The notes beneath the pieces were generated by a model, which was given only the letters and a program-made list of their open reading frames with translations, made no database searches and had not been told where the DNA came from. The position numbers were made by a program, and so were the translations under genes. DNA of 64,000 bases from a virus, in the IMG/VR virus record IMGVR_UViG_3300025875_000001, positions 70,814 to 134,813 of that record, one strand, 5' to 3'. Position 1 is the first letter of the stretch, and each line of letters begins with the position of its first letter. Below are positions 22,201 through 33,037 of the stretch, one piece after another.

Positions 22201-22288
22201 TAGGGTAGGTGGGAGTCGAACCCACAATGCTTTTTAAAGCTGACGCGGATTTTGAATCCGCCGATTCTGCCAATTTATCCACTACCCC
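22201..22288 (-). tRNA. tRNA-Leu(CAA)
   Basis: GCGGA-TTCAAAA-TCCGC. Confidence 0.92.
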
Positions 22289-22507
22289 AGACTGAGCAAA
22301 CTCGTGAAATTGCCTGCTCAGGTTGTTACATTACTATCTTAACTTACCGGCTCTCATCTTGTCAAGTACCGCCCGCGACAAATCTTCATCTTTAAAAACT
22401 TTATCGCCTACAGCAATTAGAGCATATAATTTATTTTTATAGTCAGCACTTGCTAATGTTAAAACAAGATTGGCTGCCTTTACTACAATAACATCAGTCT
22501 TTCTCAT

Positions 22508-22987
22508 TTAATCCTCCGGTACATAAATTACAACATCAGTTCCATAATTAATACCGTCAAATCCAGTTAGCCAACGCATATTAGAATGATAGTCTACATA
22601 CTTAACATGTGCATCATCATTAGTCTCAACGATTTCTACATCATCAGCATCATAAACAACAATATTGTCCATATCGCCTTCATACCAGTAATATGAATCT
22701 TCACTATTCCCATCATCTTGTACTTTTGCTTCTCCATAGAAGGCACTCTCTCCACCTACAGAGAATTCAGAGATTGGGATAGCGTCAGAATAAGTAGCGG
22801 TTTCACCAACCGGGCCTGAAAATGAGCCGGAAATAAGAGTAGCAAGTAAGACACCTACAAATAAAGTCATAAATACTGTAAACACAATATCAAGAGCGGG
22901 CCTCCCGTAAGTTTTATCTTTTTCCTTGTAATAAACGTAAGTTGGCAGCATAATAAGAGCTGCAATCCAAAGGCCATACCAAATCAT
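22508..22987 (-). CDS. Membrane protein (2 TM plus acidic extracellular domain)
   Basis: Hydrophobic N-terminal segments; similar architecture at 29720-30148 and 27729-28136. Confidence 0.55.
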   Translation of the reverse strand: MIWYGLWIAALIMLPTYVYYKEKDKTYGRPALDIVFTVFMTLFVGVLLATLISGSFSGPVGETATYSDAIPISEFSVGGESAFYGEAKVQDDGNSEDSYYWYEGDMDNIVVYDADDVEIVETNDDAHVKYVDYHSNMRWLTGFDGINYGTDVVIYVPED

Positions 22988-23011
22988 AATAAATCCTTAG
23001 GTTAAATGTGT

Positions 23012-23578
23012 CTAGGTTTTATGAGAAACAATTCTATATATAGACGACTTAGATACTGGAAAAAATAGCGCGATATCTTGTACGCTTGTTCCTGCTTGGT
23101 TTAATTTTAATATTTCTAATACATCATTTTCGGTTAGTTTTGCTTTAGGATTTTTAGAGCCTTTAGGATTTATTCTTCTTTCTTTTGAGAACATATCAAC
23201 CATATTATCTTTATGAGTTCCCAAAAATAGATGATGAGGGTTTACACAGCACGGATTATCACAATGGTGACAGATTTCTAGTTCTTTTGGAATTATTCCA
23301 ATATAAATACTGTAAGACAGCCTATGTGCTTTTCATTGCTCACCGGCAACATAAGCAAGCCCATACCCGTCTTTATTTTTACTTTTATTCCACTCCCAGC
23401 AACCGGAAGGAACAACAGTTTTGTTACCTTCAATAAACTTTTCATTTGCTTCATTAAGCGCAGGTTTACCAATTTTCAAGGGATCTTTATGTTTATACCA
23501 TCGCATATAATGCTTGCGACAGTACCCTCTGGCCAAAACTAAACCTACACAGTCTTCTATCGTACATTTACTATCCAT
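23012..23578 (-). pseudogene. HNH endonuclease interrupted by one in-frame TGA (23333-23335)
   Basis: Continuous frame: GCWEW...GYG...EQ*KAHRLSY...ICHHCDNPCCVNPHHLFLGTHKDNMVDM...KLTE. Confidence 0.85.
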
Positions 23579-23582
23579 GCTG

Positions 23583-23936
23583 CTAAGTGTAGCATATACT
23601 CTTCACACCAGCACGCATTAATGAGATTACACAATTGTCACAGGGACGCGAAAAAGCCGAAGCACCATTGCTAACCCTAGCTATATAAATTGTACAACCC
23701 CTAGGGTTAGCAACTCTACTAAGGGCAGATACCTCTGCATGGACACTAAAGATCGTACCACGTCGATTGCCAGTGTCGCTAGGCACAAAGGCCGGGTCGT
23801 TGCGAAACTTATTAACTCCAACAGCCATCACCCGGCCACCCTTGACAACTACAGCTCCATGCTGCTGCTTACAGTCACTGGACTCAGCAACACGCAGAGC
23901 AAGATCAAGAAAGCTCTTATCGCGCCGGGAAGGCAC
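23583..23936 (-). CDS. CMP/dCMP-type zinc deaminase
   Basis: HGAVVV, HAEVSAL, SRPCDNC. Confidence 0.85.
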   Translation of the reverse strand: MPSRRDKSFLDLALRVAESSDCKQQHGAVVVKGGRVMAVGVNKFRNDPAFVPSDTGNRRGTIFSVHAEVSALSRVANPRGCTIYIARVSNGASAFSRPCDNCVISLMRAGVKSICYT

Positions 23937-24216
23937 TAGAATCTCCTTTAAACATATTAAGCCTCCCTATGAATTTCATCAATTACGTCACGGACCATCT
24001 TAGCTGAGCTTGTCATAGCGCTGCCATTAAAAACCTTTGCAAGCTCTTCGAAATATTCTAGAATACGTAGCCGCTCTGACCAAACGGGAGCCATCCTTGC
24101 AACATAGTCAGCTTCACCCTGAGCGGCTTGCTGAGCAAGATATTGACTAAGCATCATGTTAGTAGCCCTTCGTCGTTGTTACAAGTAGCTTACATGGCTA
24201 GATGGGCGGTGTCAAG

Positions 24217-24238
24217 GGTGGAGATGGCGGGAGTCGAA
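24217..24238 (-). repeat. Orphan tmRNA-type 3' end (TTCGACTCCCGCCATCTCCACC)
   Basis: Half T arm plus 3' acceptor strand typical of bacterial ssrA; no matching 5' strand nearby. Confidence 0.6.
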
Positions 24239-24268
24239 TCATGCCTCCACATGTGCTATAATAATATT

Positions 24269-24760
24269 ATGGATATCAAAAAATGCTTTACGTGTAAAGA
24301 AGAATATAAACCAACAAGTAGACATAAAAGCTGCCCTAAATGTAGAGAAATAGCGAGAAGACATAAATGCTTAGATTGTGATTTAATTGTAGGTTCACAG
24401 TCTAAAAGATGCGTTAGTTGCAACAACAAAATACTTACAGATACACAAAGATCTAAACCTCTAGAAGCAAGATCTAGAAGATTAGATAATAGAGGGTATA
24501 TAGTTATTTCAATGCCAGGTAGATCTAATGTTTCAGAACACAGAATTATTATGGAACATCATTTAGGCAGAGAACTGCTTAAAAACGAAAACGTGCATCA
24601 CATAAACGGCGTTAAACACGATAATCGAATAGAAAACTTAGAACTATGGGTTGTGAATCAGCCTTGCGGCCAGCGCCCCGACGATTTGGTTGCCTGGGCT
24701 ATTGATATACTAACTAAGTATGGACCTGAACACCTACAACAAACATCAATACAAGCTTGA
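24269..24760 (+). CDS. HNH endonuclease on the opposite strand, probably leaderless
   Basis: [38 protein letters not shown]; TGCTATAAT ends 6 nt before the ATG. Confidence 0.85.
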   Translation: MDIKKCFTCKEEYKPTSRHKSCPKCREIARRHKCLDCDLIVGSQSKRCVSCNNKILTDTQRSKPLEARSRRLDNRGYIVISMPGRSNVSEHRIIMEHHLGRELLKNENVHHINGVKHDNRIENLELWVVNQPCGQRPDDLVAWAIDILTKYGPEHLQQTSIQA

Positions 24761-24767
24761 TATCTCT

Positions 24768-25082
24768 TGTAGGTGGGGAGAATCGAACTCCCGTCTTGAT
24801 ATCTTCTACAATAAAAATTAATTACAGCCATTCCGTATCCCCGGCGGGTCTTACTGGCAGTGCGGGTGTTACCAACTAGCTTACGCTAGGACTTGCAAGT
24901 ATTCTGTTCCAAGGTCCTCGCTACCCGGTAACTTAAAGAGTTACAAATGAATATTCGGCACAAAGTGCTTCATATTCTGCATCAATGTTGTCTGCATTTA
25001 TATTTTTGATCTGTTTTAAGTCTCTTATCAAAGACTGGCTGCGTTCTATAGTTTCATATACCAATCGATACCGGTCACCCAC
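24768..25082 (-). ncRNA. ssrA: tmRNA; tag ADNIDAEYEALCAEYSFVTL* (24995-24933)
   Basis: Acceptor GTGGGTG/CACCTAC-A with G3:U70; 5' GACCGGTATCGA D-like loop; T arm GGGAG-TTCGATT-CTCCC; P2 pairings TTGGTAT/ATATCAA and GCAGCC/GGCTGT; resume context ATAAAT-GCA. Confidence 0.88.
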
Positions 25083-25352
25083 TTGGCAGTCCGTTAACGT
25101 TTTATGAGATTGGAGCCTCATACGGTCTTTTTATATGGTAGCACGGACCAACACTACCGACCAATTCTATTTACCAGTCATTAATTTCAAACTGGGCCTT
25201 AACTGTCATCCCTAAATATGTTGTGCTAGGAGAATCTCCTTTAGCGGCAACCATATATTGGTTATTACCATCACTATTAATATACTTTACAATTAACAAT
25301 GCAGCTTCTGGAATCGATCCTTCTGGCAACTCTGTATTAGGCAGCCAATCGA

Positions 25353-25646
25353 TCACTCATCACGACCAAAGGATTGATCGCGGGCTTTTCGCAAAGTTCT
25401 AATCAAATGATTAATTCCATTACGATCCAAGGCAACAAACCAACCTGGATCAATAACATTTAAAATATCGTGCCCTTCTACCCCACCTTTATTGACGGGA
25501 ATAGCAAGCTTTCCGTCAGGATTAACGGTTGCTATTTTTACTTCTCCACCCTCTTTACCCCAAGTTACTGCAATATTAAAATCTGCTGATGTTGGAGTGT
25601 GACCTGATCTATTAGCTATGTCAGGACTTATTGTTTCTTTTGGCAT
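25353..25646 (-). CDS. Hypothetical protein, paralog of 40565-40861
   Basis: IATVNPDGKL...PGWFVALDRNGINHLIRTLRKARDQ vs IATVFPGGKL...PGWFVELDEDRLDELIDALKRARKQ. Confidence 0.7.
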   Translation of the reverse strand: MPKETISPDIANRSGHTPTSADFNIAVTWGKEGGEVKIATVNPDGKLAIPVNKGGVEGHDILNVIDPGWFVALDRNGINHLIRTLRKARDQSFGRDE

Positions 25647-25695
25647 CTCGCCTTCTTTCTGGGCATCCCGCCCTATAGTACAGCATCTCGCTGCG

Positions 25696-25767
25696 TGCCC
25701 CTAGCAGGAATCGAACCTGCAACTAATTCTTAGGAGGAACCTATGATATCCTTTTCACCATAGGGGC
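25696..25767 (-). tRNA. tRNA-Arg(CCT)
   Basis: GGTTC-CTCCTAA-GAATT, acceptor GCCCCTA/TAGGGGC. Confidence 0.9.
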
Positions 25768-26001
25768 ATTGACGCGGTGTCGGAGCTTTTAACCAAATCT
25801 TGTCCCCGGGAACACATATCTGGACTCAACCAGACCGCGCCTATTCAATTATATCTAAATTTTCAATATCCCAACAACAAATTTCACCATCATCGTGCTT
25901 AACTGTAACCCGATTATCCATAATGCCGATCACGTAAGCATCATCGAAACCTTGAACATGTACACGATCACCAACTTTGATCATTGTTATCCTTCTATAC
26001 G

Positions 26002-26088
26002 CGATAGAGACAGGATTTGAACCTGCGGCGGTGTTACCCGCATATCATTAGCAGTGATACGCCTTAAACCAGACTCAGCCACTCTACC
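26002..26088 (-). tRNA. tRNA-Ser(GCT)
   Basis: TATCA-CTGCTAA-TGATA, long variable arm. Confidence 0.92.
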
Positions 26089-26228
26089 AGACCCGGTGCT
26101 CGACTACGAGCTATTCCAACAGTTCAGCCAATGCTTTCTTCGCTAAGCGTACACTTTGCATTAACATATACCTGTTGGGTAACGGAATAGGCACCGTTCC
26201 TCCAGTAAGTACTATCTTAGCATGCTAA

Positions 26229-28136
26229 CTATTCGTCGTCAACACCAATCATACCAACATCCGCCTCAAAATCATAATCTATAAGATTGCCGTCGTATTC
26301 TGTAGACACTAGCGTGCGGAGCTTAACATTGCGATTTGTTCCGGTGCCAGGGTCAATAACCTGTGCCCTAACCCAAACAAGTTCTGCAACTCTAGGTCGT
26401 TGGTCTCCATTTGTATAAATATCGTAATGAATCATGCACAGAACCATCCTTTACACTTCCGGCAAATTACGCCGCCGCCTTCATGCATCTCTTTTGAGCG
26501 CACACTATGTTTACAGTCTAGCAATGCATTGTACAAATAATACTTTTTGTCGCCTATACGCTTATAAACAGATGTACCACGCTCAGTCATATAATATGCC
26601 CTCCGTCAATGCCCAATCTAGTGGGTGTCGTATATGCCTAGATCAACATCAGATAGAAAGGACCAGAATTGTTCCCATCTCCCGGCCTCACCCTCTTTGT
26701 TCCGGCGATTATAACAAATATTCCAGAATACAGAATAAATAGAGAAACATTCTAATGGAACTGGTGTGCCTTTGCCATCTCGTAAATCATCGATATTGTC
26801 GTAGCTTGTGCCCATTTCATAAATACCATCCGGCTTAATATGTGGAATCCAGCCGGATGGATTTAGCTGAAATTTATCAGTTATTTTATCGAATATCTTC
26901 TCTAACTTAGTCATTATTGCGGTCCACGCTTGATCCAGACCTTTGCAGTCTGCTCAGCAAACAACTTGCGCTCATGCTCAAACTCACTCCTAAGGCCGCT
27001 GATAGTTTTCCAACTACCGTCTTTTAGCTTGACCTCAAATTGCCACAGATCATCCTGACCTTCTACAAGTTGTAGGTTTCGATATTCTGGCTCTACTTTT
27101 GGTGGGCGTGGCTTAGCTACGAAAGGAGGATTAATACTCTTTTTATTGATCATACAAAACTACCCCACGTATTCTGTTCGTAAGTGTCCCATGCGTCTTT
27201 ATGTACTTGATCTGATGTTGGTAACTCTGTGTAATATAAATTAATACGATAGAGGTTACCGGGAATAATCAATTGAGCGCTGATCTTAACACCTTCTGAA
27301 TCCTGTGACACCCAAATACCTTCAAATCCACCAGTAGCAATCATATCAAGCCTTAGATTCTTAAGGTCAGCGTCAGTCATCTAAATCAGCTCCCGGCAAA
27401 ATGCAGTCTCCACGACTACCATCCCATGAACCACCGGCAGATACGCAAGCAGTTAGTTTTTCTGTATTATTAGCTCCTGCCCAATTACTTCCAACTACCA
27501 TTAGAGTAATAAACATTATAAAACCAACAACAAACACTACTACACTACGAAAAATAAGCTCATCGTTTTTCATTGAGCAAACAGCCTCCATCTTTATAGG
27601 TACCGGTTGCTTCTATGCAAGCCAGTTCAACGCGTGCGTCCTGATATCTATCATACGACACACCTGCTACTGCTATTAGTACTATTGCTACCGCGCATAA
27701 TGCTAAAGCAACATATACTTTAGCATTATCACCCAACTTCTTCCACTCCGTAAATGTTCGGGAACATGCTGAACGGACCAAACCTGGGACCCGCGACTGT
27801 GAATTCGTATGTCTTGCCAATTTGGATTTCCCCTTGAATGTCGCCGGAATCGAACTTACCGCGCCAGATGCTATCTTCGTTAACAAACGTACCGCAATCT
27901 GTGTATACGCGATAATTGCTGCCGCCATTCTTATTCACACCCCGGTCCTTATCTGTTACACTGCATTCAATTGTGCGCTCATTATAATGATTAATGGAAT
28001 ATGATGTAAATAGCGATCCAAAAACTAGTGCGAAACCAACAACTGCAATTCCTACACCTTCCCGGCGATTCATAAAGAACACAAAACCAACAAGCACCAG
28101 GATAACAGTCAATGTAATAGCAAGCACAACGCTCAT
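26229..28136 (-). CDS. Cluster of small hypothetical and membrane genes
   Basis: Packed co-oriented ORFs; 27729-28136 has an N-terminal TM and a CSVTDKDR..YRVYTDCG motif seen in actinophage proteins. Confidence 0.55.
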
Positions 28137-28669
28137 TTGATATAGCCTCTCTTAACGGAATAGTCATAACTTACTAGGCCAGAAGTGACCCCTACATTGA
28201 GGCTACGAACACTTCCACCACCAGGAACATACACGATGTCATCGGCTAGGTCAAGTACTTCCTTACTCAGACCGTCACCTTCCTCACCAAACAGAGCAAA
28301 TGTCTTATCCGGCCAGTCATAGGTATGCATTGGCACGGCTCTGTCATCTTGCTCAATTGCAACGATTCGATAACCTTCATTGCGCAGGTCATAACATAAA
28401 GTATAAAAATTCTCTGTGTGATTGACCTTTAGATAGTGGTGTGCACCTACTGCACCGCGAGGATCCCATTTCTTCCGGCCAATAATCCAAACTTCGCGGC
28501 CATTGAAGAAGTTAAGACTTCTAATACCTGTAGCCTTGTTAAAGTCTCCGTTAACATTAATAAAACCAAAGACCAATGGAGAGCGTGTCTTATCTAGCTC
28601 TTCAACAATTGCCTCAACGTCCCACCACTTATAACGCTCGTTTACGTTCCTACTGTCAGATGACTCCAT
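28133..28669 (-). CDS. SpoU/TrmH-family (SPOUT) RNA methyltransferase
   Basis: NFNKATGIRS, IVAIEQ, LFGEEGDGLS, YVPGGGSVRSLNVG. Confidence 0.88.
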   Translation of the reverse strand: MESSDSRNVNERYKWWDVEAIVEELDKTRSPLVFGFINVNGDFNKATGIRSLNFFNGREVWIIGRKKWDPRGAVGAHHYLKVNHTENFYTLCYDLRNEGYRIVAIEQDDRAVPMHTYDWPDKTFALFGEEGDGLSKEVLDLADDIVYVPGGGSVRSLNVGVTSGLVSYDYSVKRGYIK

Positions 28670-29199
28670 GTGTCCCCTCGCTTTATCTTCCGAATTCCAG
28701 CAGCAGATATCGGGTAATCGATTGCTATTACAGATGACTTTTCGCCGGTCGCCAGCCTAGCTTTAATTTCTTTCGCTTGCAACTCAGTAATTCGTGACGC
28801 AGCACAGCGCTCACCTCTGTTAGAGGTACCTGCCTCAACTTTATCCATCATGTTTTGTGAATTAGTTCCATAATATAAATTGCTTACCGAATTATTATCT
28901 TTATCGCTGTCTCTATGGCACTCTAATAGAGAGTGCGGCCTGGCCCCCAAAAACACTTCTGCCACAACGTTGTGTAGCAAAAAAGTATCTGACCATACCT
29001 TACCGCCCGAATGACGAGTAAACCCAAAAACATGATACCCGTTAGTGCCCACTGTTGGCTTTATATATCTATAAAAGTCATAGTAGCCAGTACCATTTAA
29101 GTTTCTCTTGGTTCTAATACCACCAACCGAAGATATTTCATACTCTGGATACCTGTGCCACACCCGCCATTCCGGCACATTGCGGGTGTCAGTTTCCAT
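28642..29199 (-). CDS. NUMOD4/HNH homing endonuclease
   Basis: YEISSVGGIR, LLHNVVAEVFLG, CHRDSDKDNNSVSNLYYGTNSQNMMDK. Confidence 0.85.
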   Translation of the reverse strand: METDTRNVPEWRVWHRYPEYEISSVGGIRTKRNLNGTGYYDFYRYIKPTVGTNGYHVFGFTRHSGGKVWSDTFLLHNVVAEVFLGARPHSLLECHRDSDKDNNSVSNLYYGTNSQNMMDKVEAGTSNRGERCAASRITELQAKEIKARLATGEKSSVIAIDYPISAAGIRKIKRGDTWSHLTVGT

Positions 29200-29609
29200 T
29201 TTTGACAGACCTTCCTAGGCGAGCAACAAGATGAACAACTAAAAATGCTTCCGAAGTAATCAGGATACCAAAAGGAACGGTGATCCATGCGGGAGCACCA
29301 AAAACAATCAATATCATACCGAAAAATAGGCATGCCGCACCAGCCACTACGGCCCAAGCCATCTCAAATCTATTAAGAATCTTCACAGTAATGACCTAAT
29401 GTCGTTTAGACCTACTTCTACAATCCCGGGGTATCCAAAGAAGATAGCGCGGAACATAGTATATGTATACCTAAGATCTTTAGCCTCAAAAAAGCTTAAA
29501 GCCTCTCCTACAGCACCGGCCGGAATTGTGCCGGTGTGCCAATCTAGATTTTCAATCAACTCAATTTTCATCGTTACTCTCCGTAACTAGAAGGGGGGTA
29601 TAAAATACG

Positions 29610-29680
29610 CTCTCCTACATGGTTTCGATCCACGTCTAACAAAGTCAGAGTTTGTTGTGCTGCCATCACACTCTAGGAGA
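29610..29680 (-). tRNA. tRNA-Gln(CTG)
   Basis: ACAAA-CTCTGAC-TTTGT; T loop ATCGAAA. Confidence 0.88.
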
Positions 29681-30260
29681 TTATTGTGCCATTATCATAG
29701 CACGCGCCAAACTCATGTGTCAAGGGGTGAAGACTAGATCTTCATCCTCAACAGTTACAATAAATTCAGTGTAGTTTTGATCCATCTCTACTGACAACCA
29801 CCATAGTGCATCGTGCTCATAGATGTCAACCCTGTTCTCATCACCATAGGCAATATCCCAATTAATGTCACCCTCTGGCCTCCGGCCACTTTCGCGGTCT
29901 ACATCGTATTCAGCAATAAAAGGGTAAGTATTAATCAAATAATACTCAGTGCCTTCAATTTGCTCTAATGGTGCAGAGTATGCAAGATGAGCCTCATCAA
30001 ACCAAGCACCTAGACAGAGGTTAGCAATCATCCAAAGAATTCCGTCCAAAATAATCATAATCATAACTACGGCGATCTCGGCGCCCTCTTCAAATCCAGC
30101 ATAAATGCTAAATAGAAACCAAGCAACGCCAATAACGATCATAATCATAGGTTTTACCTTTGTTTGTAGGGATGTTGTGACAAGCCTAGTTCATGCTTGT
30201 ATTAGTGTCAAGAGTGGACTTTGCACAATAATGTGTAGCATAGTAGAATCGAACTATGGG

Positions 30261-30332
30261 TGGAAAATATGAGAATCGAACTCATCAGGCTGAAATCGTG
30301 CAAGGATTTCCCGGTTACCCAGACCATTCCCC
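30261..30332 (-). tRNA. tRNA-Ala(TGC)
   Basis: AAATC-CTTGCAC-GATTT; G3:U70. Confidence 0.88.
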
Positions 30333-30350
30333 AAGAAAGGATACAACGTA

Positions 30351-30786
30351 ATGATCATATCACGGCCATGCGACTACTGTCAACAAATATACAATGCTGA
30401 CACAAGATACTTAAACAGGAACCAAGGACAATATTGCTCTAGATCATGTTCTGGTAAAAATAAATCTAAAAATACTCCAAAGCCCTCTCCAAATGTAGAA
30501 TGTGCTCTGTGCGGCAAATCATTCTATCTAAAACAATCTAGAAGAAATAGCTCTAAAAGCGGGTTGTTCTTTTGCTCTAAGGCTCATCAAGACGAAGGAT
30601 ACAAACAGTCTATAATAAAGCCCGGTCCTAAAACAGATATAGCAGTACGAACTTGCGATCATTGTGGAAAAAGATGGCAGAGCAGATACAACACTATTAC
30701 TTTGCCCTAATTGCCACGCCATGACTGAAACATATGGTAGCCTAAACAAAGGATCAGGACGTGCACACCGTAGAAAATTTGGTTGA
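30351..30786 (+). pseudogene. Frameshifted HNH endonuclease on the opposite strand
   Basis: Zinc-finger repeats (QYCSRSC, CALCGK, FFCSKAH); HNH tail LCPNCHAMTETYGSLNKGSGR lies in another frame, ending at TGA 30784-30786. Confidence 0.75.
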
Positions 30787-30857
30787 TCCCCGCGAGAGAA
30801 TTGAACTCTCATGACATCTTTACAAGAGATGCATAATGGCCTTTATATGAGCAGGGA
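30786..30857 (-). tRNA. tRNA-Thr(TGT)
   Basis: CATCT-CTTGTAA-AGATG. Confidence 0.88.
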
Positions 30858-30861
30858 ATGG

Positions 30862-30932
30862 GGCTGCGGACCGAAATTGCATCGGCATCCTTCCAGTACG
30901 AATGGAAAATTCTACTATTGAACTACCACAGC
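30862..30932 (-). tRNA. tRNA-Thr(CGT)
   Basis: TTCCA-TTCGTAC-TGGAA; atypical T loop TGCAATT. Confidence 0.82.
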
Positions 30933-31180
30933 ACCACTATCTTAACTTACTGACTCAATGCTTGTCAAGTCCCTGATTTTAATGTCTCTCCAAAGGATAC
31001 CGACCTTGCTAGGATCTGGGTGATCAACATATTCGCCCATCACCCACCCCTTTGATTCATTATCATAATCATTTTTACAAATCCAACGCTTACCTATTGT
31101 CGTTCCTGTAGGCAGGCTTGAAGAGTATTCTGGCAAACTATCAAATTCATCAGTTGTAAGCAAAATAGTATCGCGTAACA

Positions 31181-31570
31181 TCATGACTTAATTACTGCTG
31201 CAATCTCTTCAAAACTCATACCGGCATCATTAAGACCAACTAGAGTGTTTTCTGGACGACCCTTGTAAGTCGGCATTACGCCTTCTTCTGTTACAATCCC
31301 GGCCCATTCCATAACTTCCAGCGGGAGTACAGTAGTATCAGAGCCATAAGCACCATATGAGTAATAAGTATTACCCTTACCCTGATACGCCACTTCCCTA
31401 GGTGGAATAACACCTTCCTGTACGGCAAGCTCAGACAATACGCCTAAACAACAATGACCTACAACGCCGTTTTCCTCTATGGTTAGCGCTTTCCGCACCT
31501 GCTTATATTTGCCAGACTCTAGGGCATCTACCCACATCTTACGTACATTTTCATTCATTTCAATATTCAT
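31181..31570 (-). CDS. Hypothetical protein, paralog of 41540-42019 and 42029-42547
   Basis: WVDALESG..Q...CCLGVL.E...LNDAGMSFEEIAAVI. Confidence 0.7.
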   Translation of the reverse strand: MNIEMNENVRKMWVDALESGKYKQVRKALTIEENGVVGHCCLGVLSELAVQEGVIPPREVAYQGKGNTYYSYGAYGSDTTVLPLEVMEWAGIVTEEGVMPTYKGRPENTLVGLNDAGMSFEEIAAVIKS

Positions 31571-32503
31571 ATGTCATCCTTAATCCACGGTTCGGATGAT
31601 GCATTAAGACCTTGTCTTACCGCTTGTAATGCATCAATTTTACTTTGTAATACACTAATTCTTGCTTGTTTATCCAGCAAATTTGATTCATAATAGTCTA
31701 TCTGCAATAAAGACAAATCATTAATAGCCTCTTGGATATCATTAGCTGCTTTACCAAATTTAATCTCTACCCGCCTCATATATTATCTACTAACAAGGGA
31801 GACAATGCCCATTCGGGCCTCCATACAGCTCCATTGAATTCAGGCGTAATATCTCCGTCTGGATCACGGTCAAAATTAAAATCAACCAAATGCATTACCA
31901 ACTCATAACCCTTGCTACCCTCAAATTCCTCAGTACGAACTAACTGAAATCCGCCGGAACCAATAGCGCTACCAGGAGATTTATCCTTTAGGTCATTAAT
32001 CCAGCTTGATAAAGTTGACTTAGCGTAATCTACAGTATAGATGTCTGGCCTAAGTCTATGCATAATTTCTGCGGCTGCCACAAGCGTGTCGTCAAAGTTA
32101 TCTTGAAATGCAATCATAGTTTTACTTTACTGCTTGGGCAACTGTGCCGATTATAAGAATTGTAAAAACAATCCAGCCAAGTGCAGCTAGCCCGCCTGTT
32201 GCAGCGGCGGCGAGAAATCCAACCACTACATCGCAAAAAATATTAAGCGTTGCTCCCGTCACCTTTACACCTGTTGACTCATTTGTTTTCATCCAAATTC
32301 TCGCTCTCTCTTAGAATAACGCTCTGGCTTGTCTTCCTTTACTTCCTTAGCTACTTTCTTTTTCGCTCTAGGTAGTGCAAATACTACCAAACGATCTTCA
32401 TAAAGCTTATAATCTCGGCCAATATAGACCCTGCACTCATCAGCTAGACGTTTAAGCAACTCTTGATCATTACTATAATAAGTATAGTTCTTACTCTTCA
32501 TAT

Positions 32504-32935
32504 TTACTCCATATATTCTGGATAACCACGGTCATCAATTTTAACGAACTGCTTGCTCTTTTTAAAAAAGCCGCCGCTTCTATTGTCGTGCGGAATAACA
32601 TAAGGGTGACGGTCGATCGTCTGTACTGCTGCCATGAGCTTACTGCCTAATCCCTTGTTGCGCAAGGAGGCGCGGGTATAAAATTGTGCGTTATAACCTT
32701 TACTTTTTCTTGGTGTAATTAGTGCCCAAGCCAATAATTTAGCACCATCTTCTAAGTCACCGTCTGTAATCATATACACTCTAGAAAATCTGCGTCTTGG
32801 ATGATAGCTCTGTTCCTTTTCCATTGCTTTGGCTATGTCCCAAAACATAAACCCATCTGATCTAAAGCAAAGTCGGCGGCAGGCTTTATATTCTTGTTCG
32901 GTCATATCAATAACTCTTTTTGTGCTTATTGTCAT
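32504..32935 (-). CDS. Probable GNAT-family acetyltransferase
   Basis: FYTRASLRNKGLGSKLM resembles GNAT motif A. Confidence 0.55.
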   Translation of the reverse strand: MTISTKRVIDMTEQEYKACRRLCFRSDGFMFWDIAKAMEKEQSYHPRRRFSRVYMITDGDLEDGAKLLAWALITPRKSKGYNAQFYTRASLRNKGLGSKLMAAVQTIDRHPYVIPHDNRSGGFFKKSKQFVKIDDRGYPEYME

Positions 32936-32965
32936 ATAGCATCCTTGCTGTTAAACTATATATCG

Positions 32966-33037
32966 ACCGCCTAACCGGATTTGAACCGGCATAATTTCGA
33001 TTTGCAATCGAATCGCTAACCTTTCACGCATAGGCGG
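32966..33037 (-). tRNA. tRNA-Cys(GCA)
   Basis: TTCGA-TTGCAAA-TCGAA; U discriminator. Confidence 0.9.

Noticed and set aside
24933-25121. 62-aa ORF in the track
   Set aside because: It lies inside the tmRNA; only its 3' part is the tag reading frame
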